64,000 nt of DNA from positions 124,892 through 188,891 of the forward strand of contig CAVQNC010000015.1 in NCBI GenBank assembly GCA_963713795.1. Direction: 5' to 3'. This document shows positions 1 through 9,661 of the stretch, piece after piece. How positions within the stretch are numbered: position 1 is the stretch's first letter; every line of letters starts with the position of its first letter. The DNA is from an uncultured Chloroflexia bacterium (GTDB lineage Bacteria; Chloroflexota; Limnocylindria; Limnocylindrales; CSP1-4). Both the position numbers and the translations under genes were made by a program. Below the pieces are notes generated by a model. It was not told the DNA's origin. It ran no database searches and worked only from the letters and a program-made list of their open reading frames with translations.

Positions 1-15
1 GATACGAGGGCGGCG

Positions 16-1809
16 GTGAGGTTGGCCCCGATCGTCCGGGCCCTGGGCGCATCCCGTGGAGCACGAACAGCCTCGGGTGCGGTACCAGTCGTGCTCGTCG
101 CGATCGCGACCATCCTCCGTTTCGTAAATCTGGGCAACCGCGAACTCTTCCGCGACGAAGCCGCTTCCTGGCTCCTGTCGAGCTACCCACTCGGCAGCTT
201 GCTGGACCACGCTCGGTTCGAAGCCTACCCTCCCTTGTACGCCGTCGCGCTCCAACTGTGGACCGGGCTCTTCGGGGACAGCGAGGCAGCCATGAGGAGC
301 CTCTCCGTCGCGGCCGCGGTGGCGACGCTCGCCGTCGTGTGGGCCTGGGGCCGGCAAGCTCTCGGCCGGGTGCCCGCTTGCATCGCCCTGGCGCTCGCCG
401 GGTTGTCGGTGCTGCTGATCACCGACGCTCGAGACGCCCGGATGTACGCGACCGAGACAGCCTTTGCCACCGCGAGCTGGTGGCTCACGTGGCGGCTCGC
501 GGTCCTGCCTGCGCCGCGAGTGCCCTGGCGAAGCCTCGTGTCCACCGCGGCGATGCTTGCGATCACGGCCTCCGGGGAGCTCTGGACGCTAGCTTTCGGG
601 ATTCCGATCGCGGCTCTTCAAGTGGCCTTCGCCGGCTCGGTGGCGATGGCTTCGATCGTGGGCCCAAGAGAGCCGGGCCGGTCGACAAGCGAAGAGACGG
701 CACGGTCGGGCCCCGCGGCTGCGACACGCTGGCAGGCTCGGATACCGCGCGGACCGGTGCTGGCAATCGCGGCCATAGCGGTTGGAGCCTTGGTCTTCCT
801 CGCTTGGCTACCGGCGCTGCTCAGCGTGGCAACCAACGGCCAGCCGTTCTGGACGGGCCGGCCCACGATCGCTGCCTTCGCCCAGACGTTCGGCCTTATC
901 ATCGGCCTGCAGGGGCCGTGGATCTTCACCGCGGTGGCCGACTGTATCGCCGCCATTCTGGCGGTCGCCGGGATCGTTGGGCTGTTGGGACTGGGCCGTC
1001 GAAGCGCCGGCCCGGCCGCAGCAGTCGTGGGGATGGCGACGGAGGAGGACGACACCGATCGGGACCGCCGCCGCTGGTTCGGGGTCGCCCTGATCTTCGC
1101 CCTGGCCCTGTGCCCGATTGTCTGGATCTACTCGCAGATCAGACCGATCTACGATGCCCGCTATTTCGGTGCGATTGCTCCGCCGCTGTGCCTGCTCATA
1201 GCGGCCGGGGTGCCGGCGGTGACGCGCCGGCTCGGGAGCCGCGTCGTGCCCTCGATCTTGCTCATCGTCGTCCTCGCAACCATGGCGGCTGGGGGGCTCG
1301 ACTTCGTACAGATGAACAGCGTCAGCAACGATCTGGACCCTGCCCAGGAGACCGTCGCCCGGCTGATTGCCTCGACCAGCCCGGGCGACGTGGTCATCGC
1401 GACCGACGCCCGAACGTTCTTTCCGATCGACTACTACCTCGAGCGTGCCGGCGGAGAGCAGGCCTACGGGCTACGCCTCTACGACTGGTACGGGCCAGGC
1501 CAGCCGTTCTTCTACGGGACGTACCTGATCTCGAGCGACCGAGTCGTGACCCCGAACCTCGTCGGTCGCGTCGGCTGGCGGCGCGCCCTGCCGGCTCTTC
1601 GCAGCGGTGGGTCGATCTGGTTGATTACCATCACGGCCGGCACCCGCGCAGACATCGGATTCAGCCCCATCGCCGCCGAGCAGCTCATCGAGCAGTCGCG
1701 CCAGCTGGTTCAGCGTCCGGGGGACCTTTCGGGCAGGGCCGGCCAGATTCTGAGGCTCACCATTGCCTCGCCATCTGCTCACACCGCGGGCGCGGCGACG
1801 ACCTCGTAG
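16..1809 (+). CDS. GT-C fold membrane glycosyltransferase (GT39/PMT/ArnT-like)
   Basis: ELFRDEA and YPPLY motifs, MRSLS, DARMYA and many TM segments. The frame is open to the window edge, so the true start may lie upstream. Confidence 0.8.
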   Translation: MRLAPIVRALGASRGARTASGAVPVVLVAIATILRFVNLGNRELFRDEAASWLLSSYPLGSLLDHARFEAYPPLYAVALQLWTGLFGDSEAAMRSLSVAAAVATLAVVWAWGRQALGRVPACIALALAGLSVLLITDARDARMYATETAFATASWWLTWRLAVLPAPRVPWRSLVSTAAMLAITASGELWTLAFGIPIAALQVAFAGSVAMASIVGPREPGRSTSEETARSGPAAATRWQARIPRGPVLAIAAIAVGALVFLAWLPALLSVATNGQPFWTGRPTIAAFAQTFGLIIGLQGPWIFTAVADCIAAILAVAGIVGLLGLGRRSAGPAAAVVGMATEEDDTDRDRRRWFGVALIFALALCPIVWIYSQIRPIYDARYFGAIAPPLCLLIAAGVPAVTRRLGSRVVPSILLIVVLATMAAGGLDFVQMNSVSNDLDPAQETVARLIASTSPGDVVIATDARTFFPIDYYLERAGGEQAYGLRLYDWYGPGQPFFYGTYLISSDRVVTPNLVGRVGWRRALPALRSGGSIWLITITAGTRADIGFSPIAAEQLIEQSRQLVQRPGDLSGRAGQILRLTIASPSAHTAGAATTS

Positions 1810-2549
1810 CCAAGCCGGGCCCGCAGCCGGCCGAGCGCCATCAGCACGGGGCCGCCGAAGGCGAGAACGGCGATCGTGTCGCCGACCGCCCGGAACGAAT
1901 CCCACGACGCGGACGTGAGGAGGTAATAGCGGCCGAACTGGGCCAGGGTCTCCGGCAGCGGCAGGCCCGGGATCCAGCCGACATTCTGGACGCCGCGGTA
2001 GAAGGCGACCCAGCCGTAGACGTCGGTCAGCGCTCCGTACGCGTAACCGGTCACGACCGCCACGATGGCCAGGATGGCGATGTCGAAGCGGGTCGGCAGC
2101 CAGGATCGACGGGCCGGACGGACGCGCCGCGCGACCGAGCCTGCGGCGCCCGCCGCGAGACCCACCCAGCCGACGGCGAATGCCTCGTAAGGAAGCCAGG
2201 GACCGACGCCGCCGGTGGCCACCGCGGAGACGAGCAGCGAGAACGAGCCCACGAGGAACCCGTAGGAGGGCCCGAACTCGTACCCGGCGGCGAGGACAAG
2301 GAAGAAGATCGGGCTGAAGCCGGCCACGCCGTTGACGAGGGCCAGTCGAAGGGCCGCGTCCATCGCGGCGAGGGCCGCGAGCAGGGCGAGCCGACCCGAA
2401 TCGAGGCGTCGCGCCCCGAACTCCATGAGGGCGAGGGCGGCCACGGAAGCCAGGGTCACGGCCATGGCCGGGGCCTCCGGTGTGAGGCCGAGACCCATGA
2501 AGGGCCAGAGGAAGAGCGCCAGCCCCGCGATCGAGACGGCGGCGATCAT
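1779..2549 (-). CDS. ECF transporter S component (CbrT-like, probably cobalamin)
   Basis: Hydrophobic protein with FSPIFFL..AGYEFGPSYGFLVG and GGVGPWLPY motifs; last gene of the riboswitch-led operon. Confidence 0.85.
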   Translation of the reverse strand: MIAAVSIAGLALFLWPFMGLGLTPEAPAMAVTLASVAALALMEFGARRLDSGRLALLAALAAMDAALRLALVNGVAGFSPIFFLVLAAGYEFGPSYGFLVGSFSLLVSAVATGGVGPWLPYEAFAVGWVGLAAGAAGSVARRVRPARRSWLPTRFDIAILAIVAVVTGYAYGALTDVYGWVAFYRGVQNVGWIPGLPLPETLAQFGRYYLLTSASWDSFRAVGDTIAVLAFGGPVLMALGRLRARLGYEVVAAPAV

Positions 2550-4045
2550 GACCGTGATCCCGCCGGAAGGGCGATCGGAGCCGCGCCCTCCGCGGCTGCA
2601 TCCCCCGCTGCGACCTCGACGGCCCGGCCTCCGGCAAGGGCCACCGTCCGGTCGGCCAGCTCCGCCACGAGCTGCGCGTCGTGGGTGGCGATCACCACCG
2701 CGGCTCCGGTCCTCGTCAGCGATCGAACCGCGGCCGCCAGCGAGCGCCGCGCGGCGGCGTCCATGCCGCGCGTGGGCTCGTCGAGCAGGACGAGCGCGGG
2801 CGACCCGGCCAGCGTCGCCGCCAGGGCTGCCCTTTGCCGCTCGCCGGAGCTGAGGTCGCGCGGGTATCGATCGCCTAGGGAGGCCAGCCCGAACGCGGCC
2901 AACATCGCCTCGGCCGAGCCGCCCGGCGCGCCGGTTCGAAGAGCATCGGCCGAACCGCCCGAGGCGGCAGAGTCACCGGCCTCGATCGATCCACGAGCCA
3001 CGCCCGGCCCGCTCACCGCGGTTCGACGCAGGGTCAACTCGACCTCCGCGCGCACTGTCGGCAGGTGGAGAAGAGCCCCGGGGTTCTGCGGCAGGTACGC
3101 GGTGCGGCCGGCCGGTCGGCGGACCGTGCCGGCGAGCGGGGGGAGCAGCCCGGCCAGCGTTCGGAGCAGCGTCGTCTTGCCCGAGCCGTTCCGGCCGACC
3201 AGCGCCACGACCTCGCCGCGCGCACCGGCCAGGGAGATGCCTTCGAGAACGGCCGCGGCGCGGACGCCGGCCGGCCCCGCGGCGACACCGCGAAGCTCCC
3301 ACGCCGTCTCAGTTCCGTCGCTCCAGCGTCGCGGTCCTCGTGTCTCGGCCCCGGCGAGAGCTACCAGCGTCACCGGAGTCACCCGCCCGCCCTCTACACG
3401 GAGGATCCGGTCGGCCGCCGGCAGGAGCGTCTCGAGCCGGTGTTCGGCCACTACGACGGCCCGCTCGTCGCGGGCCAGCTCGAGGCACGCCGCCAGTACC
3501 GCCTCCGCGCCTTCCGGATCGAGCTGGGACGTGGGTTCGTCCAGCGCCACGATCCGCGGCCTGAGCGCGAGAACCGCGGCCAGCTGGACACGCTGCCGCT
3601 CCCCGCCGGAGAGCGTCACAAGGCGGCGGCCGCGAAGGTGGGCGATGGAGAGCCCCGCCAGCGCCTCGTCCACCCGGTCGTGCATCTGCGCGCGCGGCAG
3701 GGCGGCATTCTCCAGTCCGAAAGCGACCTCGCGCTCGACCGTGCCGTAGACGGACTGCGTCTCGACGTCCTGGAAGACCAGCCCGACGCGCTCCGCCAGC
3801 CGCGGGATGGGGGTTCTGAACGGGTCCATGCCGTCGACGCTGGCCGAACCGGAGATCCGTCCGCCGTGGAACTGCGGCACCAGGCCGTCGAGCAGGCGGA
3901 GCAGGGTCGACTTGCCTCCGCCGGAACCACCGACGACCAGGGTCAGACCGGGCTCGACCTCGAGGTCCACGGCGCTCAGTGACGGCGAGGCCGAGCCCGG
4001 ATACCGATACGTGACGCCGTCGAACCTGGCGACGGGCGCGGCCAC
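2546..4045 (-). CDS. ECF transporter ATPase with two ABC domains
   Basis: Two Walker A motifs (GGSGGGKST, GRNGSGKTT), LSGGE/LSSGE signatures and two DEPT motifs. Start re-called to the GTG at 4045, directly after the EcfT stop. Confidence 0.9.
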   Translation of the reverse strand: MAAPVARFDGVTYRYPGSASPSLSAVDLEVEPGLTLVVGGSGGGKSTLLRLLDGLVPQFHGGRISGSASVDGMDPFRTPIPRLAERVGLVFQDVETQSVYGTVEREVAFGLENAALPRAQMHDRVDEALAGLSIAHLRGRRLVTLSGGERQRVQLAAVLALRPRIVALDEPTSQLDPEGAEAVLAACLELARDERAVVVAEHRLETLLPAADRILRVEGGRVTPVTLVALAGAETRGPRRWSDGTETAWELRGVAAGPAGVRAAAVLEGISLAGARGEVVALVGRNGSGKTTLLRTLAGLLPPLAGTVRRPAGRTAYLPQNPGALLHLPTVRAEVELTLRRTAVSGPGVARGSIEAGDSAASGGSADALRTGAPGGSAEAMLAAFGLASLGDRYPRDLSSGERQRAALAATLAGSPALVLLDEPTRGMDAAARRSLAAAVRSLTRTGAAVVIATHDAQLVAELADRTVALAGGRAVEVAAGDAAAEGAAPIALPAGSRS

Positions 4046-4046
4046 G

Positions 4047-4988
4047 TCAGCGCTCCCCCGCCGGCAGCGACCGTGCCCGCGCCGGCGCCGCCAGCGACGG
4101 CAGGGCCAGGGCCAGGCAGCCGAAGACCAGGGCCGGGTTGATCGGCGGCAGGTACAGAGTCGGGTACGGGTACCAGTCCATGGCCACGCCGGCGAACCTG
4201 AGGCCGACGAAGAGAGCGGCCGCCCCGCCCGCGCAGGCGGCAATCGCCACGTCGCGCCGGCTCCAGGTTCCGGCGGCGTAGCTGGTCCGCCGGCCGGCGC
4301 CGAAACCGCGCGCCTCCATGGCCTCGGCCAGCATCACCGAATTCTCGATCGCCGTCAGCACCACCGGGACGAGAACCTCGTTCCAGGAGCGCAGGCCGCG
4401 GGGCCGCCAGCCGCGCATCCTCTGCGCGTCGCTCACCTCGGTGAAAGTGCGGCCGAAGCCCGAGATCAGGTTGAGCGAGGTCGCGACGGCGATGCCGGTC
4501 CGTTCGAGCGGGCCGGGCATGGCGTCGACGATGTCGTGCGGTTCGAGGACGAGCGAGAGCGGGGCCACGGCCAGGATCGCGGCGGCCAGCCCGAGGCCGA
4601 GCGCGCCCCCGAACGCGAGCGACTCGAGAGTCAGCGCGCCGCCGACCAGCGGCCAGGCGCCGGGTAGCCGGGCGATGACGTCGGCGCCGGTGTGACCCGC
4701 CAGGACGTTGATCAGGGCGGCGATCGCGGTGGCGGCGAGGAGGGCCAGGGCGAGCGGCCGGACGCGTCGCCCCGGCGGCAGCCAGGTCAGCAGCACGTCC
4801 AGGGCCGCCAAAGCCACGAGGCCGCGATAGACCGGATTGTCGGTCGAGAGGGCCACGGTCACGGCGGCGAGCGACCAGACGAGCCAGGCGCGTGGCGCAA
4901 TGCCGGCGACGTCGCCGGGGCGATCGGCGGCGTCCGCCGCGAGGCCGGTGCCGAGCCGGCCTCGTGCGGTGCCCCGCGTGAGGTTCAC
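4047..4988 (-). CDS. ECF transporter transmembrane T component
   Basis: AQRMRG and AMEARG conserved T-component motifs, TM helices, operon context. Confidence 0.9.
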   Translation of the reverse strand: MNLTRGTARGRLGTGLAADAADRPGDVAGIAPRAWLVWSLAAVTVALSTDNPVYRGLVALAALDVLLTWLPPGRRVRPLALALLAATAIAALINVLAGHTGADVIARLPGAWPLVGGALTLESLAFGGALGLGLAAAILAVAPLSLVLEPHDIVDAMPGPLERTGIAVATSLNLISGFGRTFTEVSDAQRMRGWRPRGLRSWNEVLVPVVLTAIENSVMLAEAMEARGFGAGRRTSYAAGTWSRRDVAIAACAGGAAALFVGLRFAGVAMDWYPYPTLYLPPINPALVFGCLALALPSLAAPARARSLPAGER

Positions 4989-5830
4989 CTCGCCCCGCGG
5001 CGAGACGCCGCCACGCGGAGCAACGCCAGACCGGCGAGGGCGCCGCCGGCGAGGACCGCGGCCAGCAGACCCGTGTCGAAGCCGGAACCCGCGCCGGGGG
5101 GAACGGTGACCGCGCCCGCAGGGGGCGAACCGCCGGACGGCCCGGCGTTAGCGGCAGGCGCGCCCTGAACGGCCCCGGCGGCCGACACGGTGGCGGCGGC
5201 CGACACGGTGGCGGCGGCCGACACGGTTGCGGCGGCCGCCAGTGGCTCGGAAGGAGAAGCCGTTACGGCTGGCCCGGCCGTCGCCGGCGACGTGGCGATC
5301 CCGCCGGCCGTCCGGGCCGCCGCGGGGGCCGCCGTCGCCAGGACCCTCGTCGCCAGTGTCGTGGCGCACACGCCGGCCGGCGAAGGCGGCGGCGCCGGAA
5401 CACCGACCGCCGGCACGTAGCGCAAGCCCTCGGCGTCGCCGTCGCGCAGAGTCAGCGACGAGATGCCGGTGCCCGACAGCTGCCACGCGCCGCCGGCACG
5501 CGACACGAAGAGCGCCCAATAGCTGTCCTGGCCCGGGCATGCGGCGTAGTGGGCAGGCTCGCCGTCAACCGCGCAGACGGCCTCCCCGTAGCTGCCGAAG
5601 GTCTGACCCGACCAGCCGATTCCGGACGAGTCCAGGAGCTGCTCCCCGGTGACGGTTGCCGTTCCGAAAGTGACGCAGCGGGCCACGACCGAGCCGTCGC
5701 CGTGCTCCACGACCAGCGCCGCGTGGTCCGGGCCGGCGGCGGCACATCCAGATATGGCAGGCGCCACGGGCGCCAGCGGACCAAGGGTCGCCAGGATCGC
5801 CGCGGACAGGAGGACGGTGAGCCGGCGCAT
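4985..5830 (-). CDS. Secreted, C-terminally anchored protein (SCO2322/DUF4430-like beta-grasp domain; putative corrinoid binding)
   Basis: GGAGGA RBS before ATG 5830; signal peptide; G.AVCAVDGEP...C...SYWALF...GW..SG.G.....L.DGD..G.RY domain; Ala/Thr linker (18-bp repeat x3, AAATVS); C-terminal TM plus Arg tail. Confidence 0.7.
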   Translation of the reverse strand: MRRLTVLLSAAILATLGPLAPVAPAISGCAAAGPDHAALVVEHGDGSVVARCVTFGTATVTGEQLLDSSGIGWSGQTFGSYGEAVCAVDGEPAHYAACPGQDSYWALFVSRAGGAWQLSGTGISSLTLRDGDAEGLRYVPAVGVPAPPPSPAGVCATTLATRVLATAAPAAARTAGGIATSPATAGPAVTASPSEPLAAAATVSAAATVSAAATVSAAGAVQGAPAANAGPSGGSPPAGAVTVPPGAGSGFDTGLLAAVLAGGALAGLALLRVAASRRGAR

Positions 5831-6115
5831 CACAGGCTCCTCCGTGCGGTCTTCGGGGTGCAGTCGCCACTCAGCGGCGGCACGGAGCCTGGACGCGATG
5901 CCGTTCCGCGGAGCTGCACCCGAGGCGAGGGCTGGGACGCGCCCGGGGCCGAGCTGGCCGGCAGGAAGGCGCGACCCGGGGCCGGCGCCGGCTCGCTCGG
6001 CGGCGACCACGGTGCCCCCGAATCGGACCGGCGGGAAATCGAGCCACCGGGCTCGGAGGCCACTCTCGTGGTCTCCGACCTGGAGCCTGGCGTTGGTGTC
6101 ATGGCTGGAATCGTT

Positions 6116-7363
6116 TCAGCGTTTGCGGGTGTCGTTGCTTCCGTGGTGGCCGGCGACCGGATCGACGATCCCGTGCCGTCCTGCTTCAACGGCCACAAGG
6201 GCCATCGCGCCCAGGGCAACGCACATCAGCAGGGTGGGGAGCGGCGCGGAACCGCCCGGCCGCGACGGACCGGATCCCGTCGAGGTAGGCGGCAGGGTCT
6301 GGCTCAGGCTTGCCGTTGCGCTCGGGGCGGCGCCGGCGCCGGTTGATGAACTCGGACTGGGACCGGGGCTCGAGCAGTCACTCATCGGCACGCTCGCCCC
6401 CGCCACGAAGTGGACGGCCGCCGCGTAGGGAGTTCGCATGAGGGCAGCCGGCACCTGGCTCGTCGTGAACGCATCCTCGCTCGCGCTGCCCGGATAGGCG
6501 AATCCGCCGTCGCCGCCTTGAGCAGCGCGCAGGTTGGTCAGGACATCGTTCGAGCCCTTCGACCAGTCGCTCGACTCCGGGTTCTGTCCGGCCGCCACGA
6601 GGGCTTCCAGGACCATCGAGTCCGAGTCGGGGTCGGCGGTGGATCCGTACGCCGACGAGTAGACGAAGCCTCCGTCGGAGACCTGCTGTGTGTGGAGGTA
6701 GGCCAGGCCCGCGGAGTCGGCCGAATGGACGCCGGCGGCGTCCAGGGCCATCAGCGCGATGGCCGTCGAGTTGGAGTCCCCTCCACCGGCGGGCGCGGGT
6801 GCCGTGCCGTAGCTCCAGCTCCCGTCCGTGTCTTGAAGCGCGGCCAGCTCGGCGGAAGCCGCCGCCGGGACGGCCCCACCGGACGCCACGTCCGCCAGGA
6901 TCGCGAATGACTGGCTGAACGTGGCGCCGTCACCGTAGGCTCCGGTTGCGGAGTGGTAGAGCGCCGCGAGCCTGGCCGGGAGGTCGCGCCCCGCGAAGCT
7001 CGCCGGATTGCCACCGGCGGCGACCACGGCCAGAATCGTCTTCCCGGTCTTGGCGGCGTCGCCGGCAGCCGCGTCGGATGCGGCGGCCAGATAACCCAGA
7101 GCGCCGCTCGTACCGGAGCAACCGGTCAGAGTCGAGGGTTCGTAGCCGGCCGCGGCCGCCCCGATCACGAAGTCGGCCGTCTCGCCGATCGAGCTGTCGA
7201 TCGAGCCGTTGGTCTTCTGGGCAGCCAGCAGATAGCTAAGGGCCTCGGTCGCCCGCTCCGCGTCGGTGGGTGCTGCGGCCGACGTTTGGGAGACCGTCGC
7301 CAGGCTGAGCGGCATTGTGAGAAGGGTCGCCAGTAACGCGCTGGCAACGAGGACTCGTCGCAT
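6116..7363 (-). CDS. Secreted prenyltransferase/squalene-cyclase-repeat (alpha/alpha barrel) protein with cell-surface anchor
   Basis: Signal peptide; repeated L..xQ.xDGG/SW/F motifs (QKTNGS, QDTDGSW, QVSDGGF, QGGDGGF); Ser/Pro/Thr linker; LPPTST then TM; GGAGGA RBS; first gene after the riboswitch. Confidence 0.8.
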   Translation of the reverse strand: MRRVLVASALLATLLTMPLSLATVSQTSAAAPTDAERATEALSYLLAAQKTNGSIDSSIGETADFVIGAAAAGYEPSTLTGCSGTSGALGYLAAASDAAAGDAAKTGKTILAVVAAGGNPASFAGRDLPARLAALYHSATGAYGDGATFSQSFAILADVASGGAVPAAASAELAALQDTDGSWSYGTAPAPAGGGDSNSTAIALMALDAAGVHSADSAGLAYLHTQQVSDGGFVYSSAYGSTADPDSDSMVLEALVAAGQNPESSDWSKGSNDVLTNLRAAQGGDGGFAYPGSASEDAFTTSQVPAALMRTPYAAAVHFVAGASVPMSDCSSPGPSPSSSTGAGAAPSATASLSQTLPPTSTGSGPSRPGGSAPLPTLLMCVALGAMALVAVEAGRHGIVDPVAGHHGSNDTRKR

Positions 7364-7454
7364 TTCTTCCTCCGGCGGCAGTGCCCGCCTGCCGGAGGGA
7401 ACCTCGCCGCCGGAGGCCTCCCAACCGATCCGCGCAGGTGGGTGACGTGCGCCG

Positions 7455-7610
7455 TTCGGTCAGGTCTCCTGGCTCGCGGATCGTCGCTGCTGGCCGCCTT
7501 CCCGGGCATCGCCCCGTGGCATCGTGGCCAGCCGCTCCTCGCTTACAGTTGCGCGACAGCGCCGGTTTCGCACCGGCTTCCCTGATACGAGCGGCCTATT
7601 CGATTTGGCT
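7455..7610 (-). ncRNA. Cobalamin (AdoCbl) riboswitch
   Basis: Minus strand reads AGGGAAGCCGGTGCGAAACCGGCGCTGTCGCGCAACTGT...GCCACGGG...GGGAAGGC...GAGCCAGGAGACCT, i.e. the B12-element core and B12 box, upstream of the ECF operon. Boundaries approximate. Confidence 0.93.
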
Positions 7611-7655
7611 CGTGGAGAGTACAGCGTTGGAGTTCACAGCGCCAGCCGGCACCGA

Positions 7656-8420
7656 TCAGCGCGAGGTCACCACCGTGAGCAACCACCACCTGCCGTCCAT
7701 ATGCTGCCAGACGGTGAACTCGTCGTTGGCGGGCCGGGCACCGTCGGCCAGCTGCTCGAGCGAGATCGCGTCATTGCCGGTGCTGCCGAGGTAGAACCCG
7801 ACTGAACCGTCTGTGTTCGCCTCAACCATTCCCTGGAAGAGACCGAGAGACACCGGCGCGCCAGGTTCGAGTCGACCCGCGACCGACTGCCTCGCGGCTT
7901 CGTCCAGGGCCGGCTTGCTGAGCTCGAACCGGATTAGGAACGGCGCACCTGAGACGGCAAGTACCAGGCCGCCAATTCCGATGACGGGCGGGACGAGCCA
8001 CCTGAGCAAGTGGGGCCTCAGTGACCGGGGGCCACCACGGACGACCGACGTACCGAGCCTGACCAGCCAGACCGTTCCGGCCGTCGCCCAAAGGAGAAAG
8101 CCGAAGACGAACCACAGGAGCCCGTCCCACGGCGCGCTCGCCGACAGGACGAGCATGGCCGCCGCCGCGGCGATGAACGCGACGAGGACGGGACCGGGCG
8201 GAGGGCCTTGGCCGCCCGGACTCCGGTCGGCCATGAAGTCCACGAGCCCATAGACCGGCACGCCCACGAAGGCGCTGAAGATCGCGCCCGGAAGAACGCC
8301 CGCCGCGAGGCTGCCGGACATCAGCCCGGCCCCGCCCACCGCGACAGCCGTGGCCAGCAGGAGCGGGACCAAGGCACGAGCCACCCTCCCGGCACGGCCG
8401 GATCTCGGCTCAGTCGTCAT
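7656..8420 (-). CDS. Hypothetical multi-TM membrane protein
   Basis: About 5 TM segments plus a small C-terminal domain (..HMDGRWW); TATGAT lies 6 nt before the ATG (leaderless-type). Confidence 0.65.
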   Translation of the reverse strand: MTTEPRSGRAGRVARALVPLLLATAVAVGGAGLMSGSLAAGVLPGAIFSAFVGVPVYGLVDFMADRSPGGQGPPPGPVLVAFIAAAAAMLVLSASAPWDGLLWFVFGFLLWATAGTVWLVRLGTSVVRGGPRSLRPHLLRWLVPPVIGIGGLVLAVSGAPFLIRFELSKPALDEAARQSVAGRLEPGAPVSLGLFQGMVEANTDGSVGFYLGSTGNDAISLEQLADGARPANDEFTVWQHMDGRWWLLTVVTSR

Positions 8421-8532
8421 GGGGGGATCATAGGGACTCGGGGACCGCGACCTCGGTCGTCGAACCGGGAGTGACGGCCGACTCCAAACCGCGACCGCTC
8501 CTGACGTATCGTGGTCGCATCAGCAGGAGGGA

Positions 8533-9516
8533 ATGACCGTGGCGCCCGTTCGGTTCGGAGTATTCGTGCCCCAGGGCTGGATCCTCGACCTGGTCGACAT
8601 CGAGGATCCGATCGAGAAGTACGAGGCGATGAGCCGCATCGCCCAGACGGCGGAGCGCCTCGGCTTCGACTCGATCTGGCTCTTCGACCATTTCCACACC
8701 TACTTCAAACCGGTCCTCGAGACCACCTTCGAGTGCTGGACGGCGACGGCGGCCCTGGCCCGCGACACCAGTCGAATCCGGCTCGGCCAGATGGTCACCT
8801 GCAACGGCTACCGGAACCCGGCCCTGCTGGCCAAGATGGCCTCGACCGTGGACGTGCTCAGCCACGGCCGGCTCGACTTCGGGATCGGCGCCGGCTGGTA
8901 CGAGCACGAGTACCTGGCCTACGGCTACACCTATCCGCCAACCGCCGGCGCGCGGCTGCGGATGCTGAGCGAGGCCCTGCAGGTGATCCACGCCATGTGG
9001 AGTTCGCCGCACGCGTCCTTCGAGGGAGAGTTCTACAAGATCTCCGGCGCCATCAACGAGCCGAAGGGCGTCCAGCAGCCCCACCCGCCGATCTGGGTCG
9101 GCGGTTCGGGCGAGAAGGTGACGCTCCGGCTGGCGGCGCAGTACGGCGACGCCACCAACTTCGGCGGCCATCTCGACGATATGTCGTGGTTCGCGCACAA
9201 GCTGGACGTGATCCGGGGCCACTGCGAGGATTTCGGACGTGATCCGGACGAGCTGATCCGATCGACGAACGTCGAGACCACTCTCTTGCGGGCGGGCGAC
9301 GATCCGGAGGAGCTGACGAAGCGGTACCGGCGCGACCAGTCGCTGGCGGAGTATCGAACGCATGCCGTCGTCGGCGGTCCGCAGGAGGTCATCGACACGT
9401 ACGGGCGCCTCATCGACGCGGGCATGAACTACATCATCGTGTCGGACCTGCCGAGAATCGCCACGACAGACATCCTGGAGTACCTCGGCGCGGAAGTGCT
9501 GCCGGCCTTCCGGTAG
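8533..9516 (+). CDS. LLM-class (probably F420-dependent) oxidoreductase
   Basis: FGVFVPQG, GFDSIWLFDHF, YRNPALLAKMASTVD.LSHGRL.FGIGAGW.EHE, PPIWVGGSGEK; GGAGG RBS. Confidence 0.92.
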   Translation: MTVAPVRFGVFVPQGWILDLVDIEDPIEKYEAMSRIAQTAERLGFDSIWLFDHFHTYFKPVLETTFECWTATAALARDTSRIRLGQMVTCNGYRNPALLAKMASTVDVLSHGRLDFGIGAGWYEHEYLAYGYTYPPTAGARLRMLSEALQVIHAMWSSPHASFEGEFYKISGAINEPKGVQQPHPPIWVGGSGEKVTLRLAAQYGDATNFGGHLDDMSWFAHKLDVIRGHCEDFGRDPDELIRSTNVETTLLRAGDDPEELTKRYRRDQSLAEYRTHAVVGGPQEVIDTYGRLIDAGMNYIIVSDLPRIATTDILEYLGAEVLPAFR

Positions 9517-9543
9517 CACGGCGCGGCGATCGGCCGCAGGCCG

Positions 9544-9578
9544 GCGGCGAGCGGCGAGCGGCGAGCGGCGAGCGGCGA
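9544..9578. repeat. Heptanucleotide microsatellite (GCGGCGA)x5
   Basis: Five perfect copies in the intergenic region between convergent genes. Confidence 0.9.
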
Positions 9579-9661
9579 GCGGCTGGCGGCGGGCGGCCTG
9601 CGGTGAGCGGCTGGCGGCCGACAGGCGGCCCCCTGCGGCGAGCGGCCCCCACGGCCCCTTT

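Noticed and set aside
258-3749. 1163-aa ORF and many other long Arg/Pro/Ala-rich ORFs (e.g. 23568-25517, 25085-26938, 30109-31974, 58866-60749)
   Set aside because: These are shadow frames of motif-supported genes in very GC-rich DNA; they contain no recognisable domains.
9544-9578. (GCGGCGA)5 as a phase-variation switch
   Set aside because: It lies between convergent 3' ends, outside any CDS or promoter.
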